Source of the DNA: a virus
Taxonomy: Duplodnaviria; Caudoviricetes
Strand: one strand, 5' to 3'
IMG/VR virus record: IMGVR_UViG_3300044858_001325
Location: 1-61,596 of that record
Length of the DNA: 61,596 nucleotides
How positions within the stretch are numbered: position 1 is the first letter of the stretch; every line of letters begins with the position of its first letter. The notes below the pieces were generated by a model. That model did not search any database. It had not been told where the DNA came from and saw only the letters and a list, made by a program, of their open reading frames with translations. This document shows positions 1-9,997 of the stretch, piece by piece. The position numbers were made by a program, and so were the translations under genes.

Positions 1-468
1 GTGATGCGGCTGATGGCCTGGGCCAGCGACCCCAAAAAGGGCATCGTTGGCGGCGTGCCTCGCACCCGCAAGACCAACAAGGTCTACATCGCCCAGCTCG
101 ATCAGGACGATGAAGGCGTCACCATGAATGGCATGGGGCTGGTACGCGCCAAGCGCATCGCCACGGCCTTCATGATGGTGCGCAGGGAAGTCTTTGAGCG
201 GCTGGTCAATGAGAACCCCCAGTGGGACTACTACGACCACAGCAGCGACCGGCAGCTCAATGCCGTGTTTGACTTCCTTGTGACCGAGGAGGGCTACATG
301 GGCGAAGACTACCTGTTCTGCGACCGGGCCCGAGCCATTGGCTACGAGGTCTGGATTGACCCAACCATCAAGCTGGGTCACATGGGGGTGCAGGAGTACG
401 AAGGCGACTTTGGCCGCGATGTGCTGTACCCAATGGTCAACCCAATCAAGGGCGAAAAGGTGGCGTAG
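1..468 (+). CDS. Glycosyltransferase-like (GT-A) protein, probably 5'-truncated
   Basis: ATAFMMVRREVF, GEDYLFC and DPTIKLGH motifs; paralogous to 48559..49422. Confidence 0.65.
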   Translation: MMRLMAWASDPKKGIVGGVPRTRKTNKVYIAQLDQDDEGVTMNGMGLVRAKRIATAFMMVRREVFERLVNENPQWDYYDHSSDRQLNAVFDFLVTEEGYMGEDYLFCDRARAIGYEVWIDPTIKLGHMGVQEYEGDFGRDVLYPMVNPIKGEKVA

Positions 469-729
469 ATGGCAAAGACACCAGCTTGGCAGCGCAGCGA
501 GGGGAAGAATCCCAAGGGCGGCTTAAATGCCAAGGGGCGCGCCTCTGCCAAAGCCCAGGGCATGAATCTTAAGCCCCCAGCTCCCAAACCCAAGACAGAC
601 AAGGACGCTGCTCGACGCAGTTCGTTCTGCGCCCGCATGTCTGGGATGAAGGAAAAGCTCACCTCTGAGAAGACCAAAAAAGACCCAAATTCAAGGATCA
701 ACAAGTCCTTGAGAGCATGGAATTGTTGA
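469..729 (+). CDS. Small basic conserved phage protein
   Basis: 86 aa, K/R-rich (MAKTPAWQR...RRSSFCARM...LRAWNC); abuts upstream stop codon. Confidence 0.75.
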   Translation: MAKTPAWQRSEGKNPKGGLNAKGRASAKAQGMNLKPPAPKPKTDKDAARRSSFCARMSGMKEKLTSEKTKKDPNSRINKSLRAWNC

Positions 730-730
730 C

Positions 731-973
731 ATGGAATTGATGATATGGAACGTCATCCTGTCATTCATCTCCGCCCTAGTGTTGTGGTTGATGAAGACGA
801 TGTGGGACGAGGTACACAGAATCCAGATCCTGTTGAATCGCACGCGCGAGGAGATTGCGCGTGACAACATCACGAAGGACGAGATTGACAAGATCTCGCA
901 CCATCTTGATCAACGGTTCAACAAGCTGGAGCAGAAGATCGACAACTTGATGCAAAGGAACAGTCATGCGTAA
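731..973 (+). CDS. Small membrane protein (N-terminal TM helix plus coiled coil)
   Basis: Hydrophobic LMIWNVILSFISALVLWLM followed by heptad-like helix. Confidence 0.7.
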   Translation: MELMIWNVILSFISALVLWLMKTMWDEVHRIQILLNRTREEIARDNITKDEIDKISHHLDQRFNKLEQKIDNLMQRNSHA

Positions 974-1142
974 TGCAATGTCACCAGCGGCCCCGATGCC
1001 ACCCCGTCCGGCCAAGATGGTCAAGGATGCCAAGTCCGCGCAAGAGCAATCTCGCACGATGATGTTCAAGAGCGGTGGATCTGCATCCAAACGCGCCGAT
1101 GGGTGCGCGGTGCGCGGCAAGACCAGGGGCAAGATGCTGTGA
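966..1142 (+). CDS. Small basic protein, 58 aa, absent from the ORF track
   Basis: Translated by hand: MRNAMSP...MFKSGGSASKRADGCAVRGKTRGKML; shares ADGxAVRGKTxG with the next gene. Confidence 0.75.
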   Translation: MRNAMSPAAPMPPRPAKMVKDAKSAQEQSRTMMFKSGGSASKRADGCAVRGKTRGKML

Positions 1143-1201
1143 GAACGCGGCTGGGCAACTGGGCGACCGGCGGCAAGCCCGTTGAGCAAGGAGGATATGC
1201 C

Positions 1202-1633
1202 ATGCCTGCGAAAACGGCAAAGCAGAAGAAATTCATGGATGCAGCGGCTCACAGCCCTGCGTTTGCGAAGAAGGTCGGCGTCCCTTCCAAAGTCGCCAAA
1301 GAGTTCAGTGAGTCCAGCAAGGGTATGAAATTTTCAAAAGGTGGTGAAATGAAAGAGTCCAAAAAAATGACTGGTAAGGAAGTGGCCTTCATGAAGAAGA
1401 AGGGCGCTCCCAAGTCCATGATCAAGCACGAGATGGCCGAAGTGGGCATGGAGGCCGGTGGCCGCGCCAAGGGCAAGATGATGCCCACGGCCAACCAGAT
1501 GGGCAGCCTTGGCATGAAGCATGGCGGTCTGGCCCAGGGCCACAAAGCGGCTGACGGCGTGGCTGTGCGCGGCAAGACCAAAGGCACCCAGGTCAAGATG
1601 GCCAAGGGCGGCATGGCCAAGAAGTATTGCTGA
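1202..1633 (+). CDS. Lys/Met-rich putative internal virion protein
   Basis: GGAGGA RBS before ATG 1202; four xxxGG motifs. Confidence 0.75.
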   Translation: MPAKTAKQKKFMDAAAHSPAFAKKVGVPSKVAKEFSESSKGMKFSKGGEMKESKKMTGKEVAFMKKKGAPKSMIKHEMAEVGMEAGGRAKGKMMPTANQMGSLGMKHGGLAQGHKAADGVAVRGKTKGTQVKMAKGGMAKKYC

Positions 1634-1636
1634 GCC

Positions 1637-1885
1637 ATGAGAGCCAGTCGCGGTATGGGGGTCATGAACCCCGGCAAAATGCCAAAGAAGGGGCGCCGCA
1701 AGGATGACCCCGACAGCTTTGACATGTACGCCGAGGGCGGCAAAGTCGGCCTTTACGACAACATCAATGCCAAGCGCAAGCGCATCGCAGCCGGATCTGG
1801 CGAGAAGATGCGCAAGCCTGGGAGCAAAGGTGCCCCGACCAAGCAGGCTTTCGTTGAATCGGCCAAGACGGCCAAGAAACGGTAA
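1637..1885 (+). CDS. Small basic protein with YAEGG motif
   Basis: 82 aa, K/R-rich, tightly packed in the operon. Confidence 0.75.
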   Translation: MRASRGMGVMNPGKMPKKGRRKDDPDSFDMYAEGGKVGLYDNINAKRKRIAAGSGEKMRKPGSKGAPTKQAFVESAKTAKKR

Positions 1886-1988
1886 CGGTGTTACGGTGTG
1901 GCCAATCATCTGCGCAAGGAGCGGCGAAGGCAAAACCCTCCGCATCAGCCTCCTGCGCCGCCGCCCGTAAACCCACCGGAGAAGCCCA

Positions 1989-2903
1989 ATGACAACGACC
2001 GGAACGACATCCTTCAACCTAGACCTCGCCAACCTCATGGAGGAGGCGTTTGAGCGCGCGGGTGGGGAGATTCGGTCTGGCTACGATGTGCGCACGGCTC
2101 GCCGCAGCCTCAACCTGCTGACCATTGAGTGGGCCAACCGGGGCATCAACCTCTGGACGATTGAGCAGGGCCAGATCCCCATGAATCAGGGGCAGATTGC
2201 CTACCCTTACCCGGCGGATACGATTGATCTTCTGGATCAGGTGGTGCGCACCCAGACTGGCATTGACCAGACGGACATCAACATCAGCCGGATCTCGGTG
2301 TCTACCTATGCCACCATCCCCAACAAAAACGCCCAGGGCAGGCCGATTCAGGTCTGGATCAACCGCCAGTCCGGCACGGTGTCGGCGAGCGGCCTGACGC
2401 TTTCTGGTGGCCTTCTTGCGGGGGTAACCACTGTTACCCTCAGTGCGGCACCTGAAAAGTTCCCGGAGATTGGTTTCATCAACGTCGGCTCGGAAACGAT
2501 CCAGTACACCGGCATCAGCGGCAATACCTTGACTGGGTGCTATCGTGGCCAAAATGGCACCACGGACGCCCTCCATGCTGGCGGCACACCGGTGTACCTG
2601 AACAATCTGCCGTGCGTGAACGTCTGGCCATCGCCCAATCAGGACAACTTCTACACCTTCGTGTACTGGCGCCTGAAGCGGATTGACGACGCTGGCAATG
2701 GCCGCGCCGAGCAGGACATCCCCTTCCGTATGCTGCCATGTCTGGTGGCCGGGCTGGCCTACTACATTTCCATGAAAATCCCAGAGGGCGCGAACCGCGT
2801 GGATCGCCTGAAGCTCGATTACGAGGAGCAGTGGCTGCTGGCTTCTGCTGAAGACCGGGAGAAGGCCGCTTTGCGGCTTGCCCCACGGCAAATGTTCTTC
2901 TGA
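1989..2903 (+). CDS. Virion structural protein (head-tail connector-like)
   Basis: GGAGA RBS; helical N and C termini around a beta insert; structural-region context. Confidence 0.6.
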   Translation: MTTTGTTSFNLDLANLMEEAFERAGGEIRSGYDVRTARRSLNLLTIEWANRGINLWTIEQGQIPMNQGQIAYPYPADTIDLLDQVVRTQTGIDQTDINISRISVSTYATIPNKNAQGRPIQVWINRQSGTVSASGLTLSGGLLAGVTTVTLSAAPEKFPEIGFINVGSETIQYTGISGNTLTGCYRGQNGTTDALHAGGTPVYLNNLPCVNVWPSPNQDNFYTFVYWRLKRIDDAGNGRAEQDIPFRMLPCLVAGLAYYISMKIPEGANRVDRLKLDYEEQWLLASAEDREKAALRLAPRQMFF

Positions 2904-2911
2904 GGTGACAC

Positions 2912-3346
2912 ATGCCGAACAGGTTTGCCTCGGGAAAATATGCAATCGCGGAGTGCGACAGATGCTCTTTCCGGTATCCGCTCAAGGTGCTGCGCTCGCT
3001 GGTCATCAAGACCAAGAATGTCAACCTGTTGGTTTGCCCGACGTGCTGGGAGCCGGATCAACCGCAGCTCCAGCTCGGCATGTACCCGGTGGACGATCCC
3101 CAGGCTCTGCGCAACCCGCGACCGGACACCAGCTATCTGACCTCCGGCCTGAATGGAATTCAGACCGAAAACCTGACCGCCCAGACAACGAGCCAGCTCG
3201 CGTTTGGGACGCCAGAAGGCGGCAGCAGAATCATCCAATGGGGATGGAACCCCGTCGGTTTGAACAACCCCCTCAAACTGAGCGGATTGCAGGATAATTT
3301 GCAGGCAAGTGGGCAAGTTGGTTCCGTGTCCGTTTCGACTACTTAG
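2912..3346 (+). CDS. Zn-ribbon phage protein
   Basis: CDRC...CPTC pairs; C terminus ends in one copy of the fibre repeat. Confidence 0.7.
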   Translation: MPNRFASGKYAIAECDRCSFRYPLKVLRSLVIKTKNVNLLVCPTCWEPDQPQLQLGMYPVDDPQALRNPRPDTSYLTSGLNGIQTENLTAQTTSQLAFGTPEGGSRIIQWGWNPVGLNNPLKLSGLQDNLQASGQVGSVSVSTT

Positions 3347-3354
3347 GAGAAGCC

Positions 3355-3564
3355 ATGAACAAGTATCTGTCCGGCGGCGATGTGAAAAAGGTTAAGACCA
3401 TTGCCAAAGCCGAAGTCAAAGGCCACGAAGCCAAAATGCACGGCAAGGGCTATGCAAAAGGCGGCGTGACAAACATGCAGCGCAAAGAGCTGGGGCGCGG
3501 CTTGGCCAAGGTGGCCAACCAGAAGAAGTCCAGCTTTACCTATCGCAAGATGGGAGGCAAGTGA
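3355..3564 (+). CDS. Small basic protein (YLSGG/YAKGG)
   Basis: AGGAG RBS; 69 aa, K-rich. Confidence 0.7.
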   Translation: MNKYLSGGDVKKVKTIAKAEVKGHEAKMHGKGYAKGGVTNMQRKELGRGLAKVANQKKSSFTYRKMGGK

Positions 3565-3764
3565 TGAGCAAAGCCAACGACAAGTTTGATTTCTTCCCTG
3601 CAAACACCAAGGATCCAATCAACAAGTACAAGCAGCCCAAGCCCTACAAGGATAACCTGGGTGAGAACGGCTATCCCAACGGCGTGGCCAACACCCAGAC
3701 GATGCGCACGCGCGGCACGAAGCACACCACTCGCGGCAACAGCAACAGCTTGAAGATGGGCTGA
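3564..3764 (+). CDS. Small hypothetical basic protein
   Basis: GGAGG RBS; overlaps the previous stop codon. Confidence 0.65.
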   Translation: MSKANDKFDFFPANTKDPINKYKQPKPYKDNLGENGYPNGVANTQTMRTRGTKHTTRGNSNSLKMG

Positions 3765-3765
3765 G

Positions 3766-4452
3766 ATGAACTACGACGAGCTGTTTGAAACGATCAAGGG
3801 ATACGTCGAGAACGACTTCCCTGGGACGACGTGGACGGATCCTGCTGGGACTGGGACGGTGACGTTCACCCAGAAGGAGCAGATCGACACGTTCATCAAA
3901 CAGGCCGAGCAGCGCATCTACAACACGGTGCAGCTTCCGGCGTTGCGAAAAAACGTGACGGGCAACTGCACCATCAACAACAAGTATCTGGCCATGCCAA
4001 GCGACTGGTTGTCGATGTTCTCTCTTGCCATCATCCGAGCTGACGGCACGCAGGAATATCTGCTGAACAAGGACGTTGAGTTCATCCGTTCTGCGTTCCC
4101 GGATCCTACGGACATAGGGGAGCCCAGCCACTACGCCATTTTTGACAACAACACGATGATCTTGGGCCCGACGCCAGATGCCTCCTACAACATGGAGATG
4201 CACTACTACGGGTATCCCACCAGCATCGTGGACGCGCCCAGCGGGACGACATGGCTGGGTGATCGTTTTGACAGCGCGTTGCTGTACGGCAGCCTGATGG
4301 AGGCATACACCTTTATGAAGGGTGAGACTGATGTCATTCAGATCTACAAGGCGCGGTATGACGAGGCGTTGGCGTTGTTGAAGGCGCTTGGCGACGGCAA
4401 AGATCGTCAAGATACTTATCGTACTGGCCAAGTGAGGTACCCCGTAACATGA
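3766..4452 (+). CDS. Head-tail adaptor / tail tubular protein A-like
   Basis: 228 aa, FIKQAEQRI...LLYGSLMEA pattern typical of podovirus adaptors; context. Confidence 0.6.
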   Translation: MNYDELFETIKGYVENDFPGTTWTDPAGTGTVTFTQKEQIDTFIKQAEQRIYNTVQLPALRKNVTGNCTINNKYLAMPSDWLSMFSLAIIRADGTQEYLLNKDVEFIRSAFPDPTDIGEPSHYAIFDNNTMILGPTPDASYNMEMHYYGYPTSIVDAPSGTTWLGDRFDSALLYGSLMEAYTFMKGETDVIQIYKARYDEALALLKALGDGKDRQDTYRTGQVRYPVT

Positions 4453-4736
4453 TGATCGAATCGATGCTCCCTGTAGTCAATAGCGTTGAAGTCAGAACCA
4501 CGAGTCACCGGGGCTTTACGCCCGAGGAGGTGGCAAACCGTTGCGTGGAGAAAATCATCTCCATTGGCGACCAGTCGCATCCAGCGATTCGTGATCAGGC
4601 GCACGCCTTCAAAGAGTACATCCACGCTGTAGTCACCTTCTACATCAAGGATGCAATCCGCAACGATAGGCACACTATCGCAACCCGTCTTCGGGATGCC
4701 GGGCATCCTGAACTTGCAATCATTCTGGAGGAATAA
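4452..4736 (+). CDS. Hypothetical protein
   Basis: Overlapping start/stop with neighbours. Confidence 0.7.
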   Translation: MIESMLPVVNSVEVRTTSHRGFTPEEVANRCVEKIISIGDQSHPAIRDQAHAFKEYIHAVVTFYIKDAIRNDRHTIATRLRDAGHPELAIILEE

Positions 4737-4739
4737 ATC

Positions 4740-5177
4740 ATGGCATTCACTGGTAACTTCATGTGTACCAGCTTCAAAGTGGAGCTGATGCGCGCTATTC
4801 ACAACTTTACGGCCAGCACTGGCAACACGTTCAAGCTGGCGATGTACACCAACAGTGCTTCGTTCACTGCTGCGACCACGGCCTACACCACGACCAATGA
4901 GGTGACGGCCAGCGGTTCGTATTCGGCTGGCGGGGGCACGTTGACCAACGTCACGCCCACCAGCTCGGGAACAACGGCCTTCACCGACTTTGCCGATCTG
5001 TCGTTCACCACCGCCACCATCACGGCACGCGGCGCGCTGATTTACAACGACACGGCCACTGGTGATCCTACGGTTGTGGTGCTGGACTTTGGTTCGGACA
5101 AGACTTCGACCAGCGGAACTTTCCAGATCATCTTCCCCGCAGCCGACGCCTCAAATGCAATCATCCGCATTGCTTGA
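4740..5177 (+). CDS. Small T/A/S-rich virion structural protein
   Basis: GGAGG RBS; beta-rich composition. Confidence 0.7.
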   Translation: MAFTGNFMCTSFKVELMRAIHNFTASTGNTFKLAMYTNSASFTAATTAYTTTNEVTASGSYSAGGGTLTNVTPTSSGTTAFTDFADLSFTTATITARGALIYNDTATGDPTVVVLDFGSDKTSTSGTFQIIFPAADASNAIIRIA

Positions 5178-5189
5178 TAGGGCGCAGAC

Positions 5190-6818
5190 GTGGCAGATGT
5201 CACCGTACCGCTTGGAGGCTGGGGTGCCCTAAGCTGGGGTGAGGCAGCCTGGGGACAAGGCTCAGTCAGCCTGACCGGAACTGGTCAGGTTGGCTCAGTC
5301 ACGACCACCGCTGGCGCAGATGTCAGCGTTACGGGCGTTTCCGCCACTGGTGCGGTTGGATCTGTCTCCATCACTGGGGGCGCAAATGTCACGGTAACGG
5401 GCCTGTCGGCGACTGGGGCGGTTGGCTCTGTAACCGTCGCCGCCGACGCCAATGTGTCCGTCACTGGAGTGGCGGGCACTGGGCAGGTTGGAACGGTTCA
5501 GGCCCAGGCCGGGGCTGACGTAAACGTCACCGGCCTCTCGGCCACGGGCTCTGTTGGTTCCGTCACCATCACGGCGGATGCCAACGTCAGCGTAACAGGT
5601 GTTACCGGCACCGGGGCCGTGGGCTCCGTGTCTGTGACTGCTGATGCAAACGTCACCGCAACCGGGCTATCTGCAACCGGCCAAGTTGGCTCTGTCACGG
5701 TGGCGGCGGGCGCCAATGTGTCGGTCACCGGCCTGTCTGCTACAGGCCAAGTTGGCACCGTAGGGGTGCAGGCTGGCGCCACTGTCAATGTCACCGGTCT
5801 GTCGGCCACGGGCGCCGTTGGATCTGTCACGGTATCTGCCAATGCAAATGTGACGGCTACTGGGGTGACAGGAGCGGGCCAAGTTGGGACTGTCGAGGCT
5901 CAGGCCGGGGCGGATGTCAACGTCAGCGGTCTGTCAGCCACCGGGCAAGTTGGATCCGTCACCATCGTTGCAGACGCCAACGTCACTGTGACGGGGCTGG
6001 CTGCAACCGGCAGTGTTGGGTCAGCCACCGTGTCGGCGGACGCCAATGTCACCGTCACGGGCCTGCAAGCCACCGGATCAGTGGGCACGGTCGAAGCCCA
6101 GGCGGGCGCGGATGTGACCGTAACAGGTGTTACCGCTACCGGCCAAGTGGGGTCGGTAACCACGACGGGTGACGCAAATGTGACCGTAACCGGCCTGTCG
6201 GCCACCGGCAGCGTCGGATCCGTCGAAGCCCAGGTCGGGGCTGACGTAAACGTGTCCGGCCTGTCTGCCACGGGTTTTGTTGGCTCGGTCACTGTGGCTG
6301 CCAATGCAGACGTGTACGCCACCGGGGTGTCGGCTACTGGTCAGGTCGGGCAAGTTCAATCTGGCAGCATAGTTGTAGTTGACCTTGTTGGCGTCAGTGC
6401 CACGGGCGCAGTTGGGTCAGTAACAGCGCAGGCGGGCGTTGAGGTGTCGCTGGTCGGCCTGCAATGCGACGGACAAGTCGGCTCTGTTGAAGCCCAGGCT
6501 GGCGCAAATGTCAATCTCACGGGCGCTCAGGGAGATGGGCAAGTTGGCTCTGTCACGGTTAACGAAGGCGTCGGCGTGTATGTCACCGGCGTAGCGGCCA
6601 TTGGGGTTGTTGGCACCGTTGAGATTACTGGCGACGGCGTTGTTTACGTTACGGGTGTTTCCGCTATCGGCATCGTCGGCAATGTTTTAATATGGGGTCT
6701 AATAGACGAGAATCAGACCCCGAATTGGGCGGCCATCAATGATGGCCAAACGGACGGCTGGACGCCTGTGGATGACGCCCAAACACCCGACTGGGAAGAA
6801 ATTGCACAAGCAGCATAG
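5190..6818 (+). CDS. Repeat-rich fibre-like protein (about 22 copies of a 22-aa V/T/G/A repeat)
   Basis: ADANVTVTGLSATGQVGSVTV-type repeats; Trp-rich N and C caps. Confidence 0.8.
   Translation: MADVTVPLGGWGALSWGEAAWGQGSVSLTGTGQVGSVTTTAGADVSVTGVSATGAVGSVSITGGANVTVTGLSATGAVGSVTVAADANVSVTGVAGTGQVGTVQAQAGADVNVTGLSATGSVGSVTITADANVSVTGVTGTGAVGSVSVTADANVTATGLSATGQVGSVTVAAGANVSVTGLSATGQVGTVGVQAGATVNVTGLSATGAVGSVTVSANANVTATGVTGAGQVGTVEAQAGADVNVSGLSATGQVGSVTIVADANVTVTGLAATGSVGSATVSADANVTVTGLQATGSVGTVEAQAGADVTVTGVTATGQVGSVTTTGDANVTVTGLSATGSVGSVEAQVGADVNVSGLSATGFVGSVTVAANADVYATGVSATGQVGQVQSGSIVVVDLVGVSATGAVGSVTAQAGVEVSLVGLQCDGQVGSVEAQAGANVNLTGAQGDGQVGSVTVNEGVGVYVTGVAAIGVVGTVEITGDGVVYVTGVSAIGIVGNVLIWGLIDENQTPNWAAINDGQTDGWTPVDDAQTPDWEEIAQAA
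5260..6690 (+). repeat. Degenerate 66-bp coding tandem repeat
   Basis: 22-residue periodicity in the translation. Confidence 0.85.
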
Positions 6819-6829
6819 AGGACTGAAAA

Positions 6830-9442
6830 ATGACGATCAATTACACCACGCTGCTGGCACTGGCCAAGCCAGTTACCGGCACGGAAACCGGCCAATGGGG
6901 CGATGTAGTCAATGACCAGATTACATCGATGCTGGAGGACGCCATAGCCAATGCGGCCACGTTCAGCGTCACCAGCGGCAACGTCACCCTGACGACGGCC
7001 AACGGCTCAACCAGTCAAGCGCGGATGTCCACGCTGATCATCACTGGTACGCCGGGCACTACGCGCAACGTGATTGCGCCCAGTCAGGCCAAGATCTATG
7101 TGGTAATCAACCAGTCGAACGGCGCCGTCGTCATCAAGGGTGCCGCGACCACTGGCGTCACGGTCGGTGCTGGCCAGACGGCCCAGATTGCTTGGAACGG
7201 CTCTGACTTCGTGGAGATTGGAAATTACGTCCACGGCAATTTTGTCATCAACGGCAATCTCACGGTCAACGGCAACACGACCTTGGGCGATGCGGCAGCC
7301 GACAACATCACGTTCAACGGCACCATCACCTCGCACCTGCTGTTCACCGACAACACCTACGACATCGGTGCCAGTGGCGCGACGCGCCCGCGCAACCTGT
7401 TCCTGGCCGGCAACGCGACCATCGGCGGCAACACCACAATGACCGGCACGCTGACCGTGGACAGCACGACCGATTCCAGCAGCACGACCACCGGCTCGAT
7501 CCAGACGGACGGTGGCGTGGGCGTGGCTAAGGCACTGTACGTCGGTACCACGGCCAACATTGCAGGGGCCGTGACCCTTTCAGGCGGCACCGCAAACGGC
7601 GTGGCCTACCTTAACGGCAGCAAAGTCCTGACCACTGGGTCTGCGCTGACGTTTGATGGTTCGTTGCTAAACACCACCGGGTCAATCCGCGCACAAAACA
7701 GCCTGTTCGTGTATGGCACAGGCGACCGCCTAAACGTATTTCCGCAAACGGCTGGCAGCGGTGTTCAACTTGTTTCCACCAACAACGCCAACTCCGCTTA
7801 TGCACCGCTGACCTTGGATGGGTCGGCAACCATTTTCAATGCCAGTGGCGGCGAACAAATGCGCCTGACCAGCACAGGGCTGGGTATTGGGACGAGTTCG
7901 CCTACTGCAAAGTTGGATGTAAAGAAAACCTCCAACGACACAATCTCTCGGACAAATGCAGTAGGTGGTTTTGGGGATTGGGATTCCCTCGGCGCTGGTC
8001 TGCTGATGCAACAGACTCTGAGTTCGCCATATGGATTTGCACTGCAAGCAGCCAACGCAGCCAACAGCGTACAGTTCCCGCTGCTGCTCAACCCGTCTGG
8101 CGGCAACGTGGGTATTGGGACGAGTTCGCCTGCTTATAAGCTGGCCGTACAAGGCAGCGCATACATCACCTCCACAGTCGGCATTGGCACCACGCCTGGA
8201 AACTACGGCGGTCAGGTAGATATTTACGCAAACAGCAATGCTGTTTTTAATGGCATTTGGGTTCGCAACGACAGCAGCGGCGCATCTGCCAATGCTGGCA
8301 TCGTCATAAACGCATCTGGCAATAGCTGGCGCATGGCGATGGGGTCAACCGCCAATAACAACAATGCGCTTTTCTGGGCAGTTGATGCCGGCTCTCCGAC
8401 GACGCTGATGACTCTCAGCACCTCCGGCAACCTCGGCCTGGGGGTGACGCCGAGTGCTACAAATACCTCTTTCCGAGCATTTGAGGTCGGTAGCTTTACT
8501 GTTTTTAGCGGTACTGGTGGACTCTCGTCATACATAGACAACAATGCATTTTTTAATACGTCAAGCCAGTATATTTACAAGAGCAGTGGGCACGCCGGTG
8601 AGTATGCAATGCTCACTTCAGATGGCTCACACCGCTGGTACATCGCCCCCTCCGGCACAGCAGGCAACGCCATCACCTTCACCCAGGCAATGACATTGGG
8701 GGCAAATGGAAACTTGGCTGTTGGCGATACAAGCACAGGGAATGCTCGGTTATTTTCCTACATTAGTGATGCTTCATTGGCCGCAATCAACGCAAGACAA
8801 GACGGAGCCGGGCCAATTCAAGTTTGGAATTCTGGCGGCACCGAACGCGCCCGTATCGACTCCAGCGGTAACTTGCTGGTGGGGACGACGAGCCAGCCAG
8901 CGTTTGCAACATCGCGTGCAGTAGTTGCATACGGAAACGCAGACTACGCCTTTGCAGTAGTAAACAGCAACGCAGACCCATATGGGATGGCGATGGGGTA
9001 CACGGGAGCCGCGCCAAACAGTACATCCAACGCATTTTTTTACTGTCAAGATAGCGGCTCTACGCAAAGATTTTCTGTGCGCTCAAACGGAGGCGTTTAT
9101 AACTACAGCGCCAACGATATCAACCTTTCCGACCGCAGAGAGAAGACTAACTTCGTTCCGGCCAAGTCTTACCTTGAAACCATCTGCGCGATTCCCGTTC
9201 AGACCTTCAACTACATCGACCAGAACATGGAAGAAGACCCCGGCTTGACGCTGGGCGTGGTGGCGCAGGACGTTCAGGCTGTTGCGCCTGAGTTGGTCAC
9301 GGAAAGCAACTGGGGCAGCAAAGATGACCCCAAGATGCGGCTGTCGATCTACCAGACCGACCTGCAATATGCGCTGATGAAGTGCATCCAAGAACTCAAA
9401 GCCGAGGTTGACAGCCTCAAATCTCAACTCAAAGGAGCCTAA
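6830..9442 (+). CDS. Tail fibre with C-terminal intramolecular chaperone (peptidase S74-like)
   Basis: GNVGIGTSSP repeats; SDRREKTN autocleavage motif, GVVAQDV, terminal coiled coil. Confidence 0.9.
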   Translation: MTINYTTLLALAKPVTGTETGQWGDVVNDQITSMLEDAIANAATFSVTSGNVTLTTANGSTSQARMSTLIITGTPGTTRNVIAPSQAKIYVVINQSNGAVVIKGAATTGVTVGAGQTAQIAWNGSDFVEIGNYVHGNFVINGNLTVNGNTTLGDAAADNITFNGTITSHLLFTDNTYDIGASGATRPRNLFLAGNATIGGNTTMTGTLTVDSTTDSSSTTTGSIQTDGGVGVAKALYVGTTANIAGAVTLSGGTANGVAYLNGSKVLTTGSALTFDGSLLNTTGSIRAQNSLFVYGTGDRLNVFPQTAGSGVQLVSTNNANSAYAPLTLDGSATIFNASGGEQMRLTSTGLGIGTSSPTAKLDVKKTSNDTISRTNAVGGFGDWDSLGAGLLMQQTLSSPYGFALQAANAANSVQFPLLLNPSGGNVGIGTSSPAYKLAVQGSAYITSTVGIGTTPGNYGGQVDIYANSNAVFNGIWVRNDSSGASANAGIVINASGNSWRMAMGSTANNNNALFWAVDAGSPTTLMTLSTSGNLGLGVTPSATNTSFRAFEVGSFTVFSGTGGLSSYIDNNAFFNTSSQYIYKSSGHAGEYAMLTSDGSHRWYIAPSGTAGNAITFTQAMTLGANGNLAVGDTSTGNARLFSYISDASLAAINARQDGAGPIQVWNSGGTERARIDSSGNLLVGTTSQPAFATSRAVVAYGNADYAFAVVNSNADPYGMAMGYTGAAPNSTSNAFFYCQDSGSTQRFSVRSNGGVYNYSANDINLSDRREKTNFVPAKSYLETICAIPVQTFNYIDQNMEEDPGLTLGVVAQDVQAVAPELVTESNWGSKDDPKMRLSIYQTDLQYALMKCIQELKAEVDSLKSQLKGA

Positions 9443-9445
9443 ATC

Positions 9446-9763
9446 ATGACTACTATCACCTGGACAATCACTGCGATGGACTGCTATCCGCAAGAGGGTG
9501 GCAACACCGATGTCGTGTTCAATGTCCACTGGACATGCGCTGGCACTGACGGCACATACAACGCCTCTGTGTACTCCACCTGTGCTGTTCCCGGCCCAGG
9601 CAATCCGTTCACCCCATACCCAGACTTGACTCAGCAGCAAGTGCTTGGGTGGATCTGGGCCAACGGCGTGGATCAAGCAGCCACAGAGGCCGCTGTGCAG
9701 CAGCAGGTCAACAACCAGATCAACCCTCCGGTGGTCACGCCTCCTCTGCCTTGGGCGGCATAA
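9446..9763 (+). CDS. Tail-fibre-associated small protein
   Basis: AAGGAG RBS; PYPDLTQQQVLGW...PLPW pattern following the fibre gene. Confidence 0.7.
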   Translation: MTTITWTITAMDCYPQEGGNTDVVFNVHWTCAGTDGTYNASVYSTCAVPGPGNPFTPYPDLTQQQVLGWIWANGVDQAATEAAVQQQVNNQINPPVVTPPLPWAA

Positions 9764-9813
9764 TTGATGAGGGGTAATCCGCTGCCCCGTCACAGCGGCA
9801 CAAGGAGCTAGAA

Positions 9814-9987
9814 ATGAACGATCAAAACGTAACTCTGAAACTGGGTCTGGTGAATGCCATGCTGCAATATCTTGGCACTCGTCCGTATCAGGAGGTGTTT
9901 CCTCTGGTGCAGGAAATCCAAGCTGTGGTGATCCCGCAGTTGCCCGTGCCTGAGCAAAAGCCTGCTGAAGCCCCAGCCGCCGAGTAA
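9814..9987 (+). CDS. Hypothetical 57-aa protein, absent from the ORF track
   Basis: AAGGAG RBS; MNDQNVTLKLGLVNAMLQYLGTRPYQEV... Confidence 0.7.
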   Translation: MNDQNVTLKLGLVNAMLQYLGTRPYQEVFPLVQEIQAVVIPQLPVPEQKPAEAPAAE

Positions 9988-9997
9988 GGAGGGCATC

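Noticed and set aside
1103-1201. Upstream extensions given by the ORF track (also 10009, 34921, 39792, 49679, 55222, 55595)
   Set aside because: Better RBS or ATGA-coupled starts lie downstream, and the extensions overlap other real genes or regulatory DNA.
5260-6690. Possible CRISPR array or DGR repeats
   Set aside because: The repeats are degenerate and in-frame coding, with no unique spacers and no cas or reverse transcriptase genes.
9764-9813. CCGCTG/CAGCGG hairpin after the fibre-associated gene
   Set aside because: No U-tract and only a 6-bp stem; not enough to call a terminator or ncRNA.
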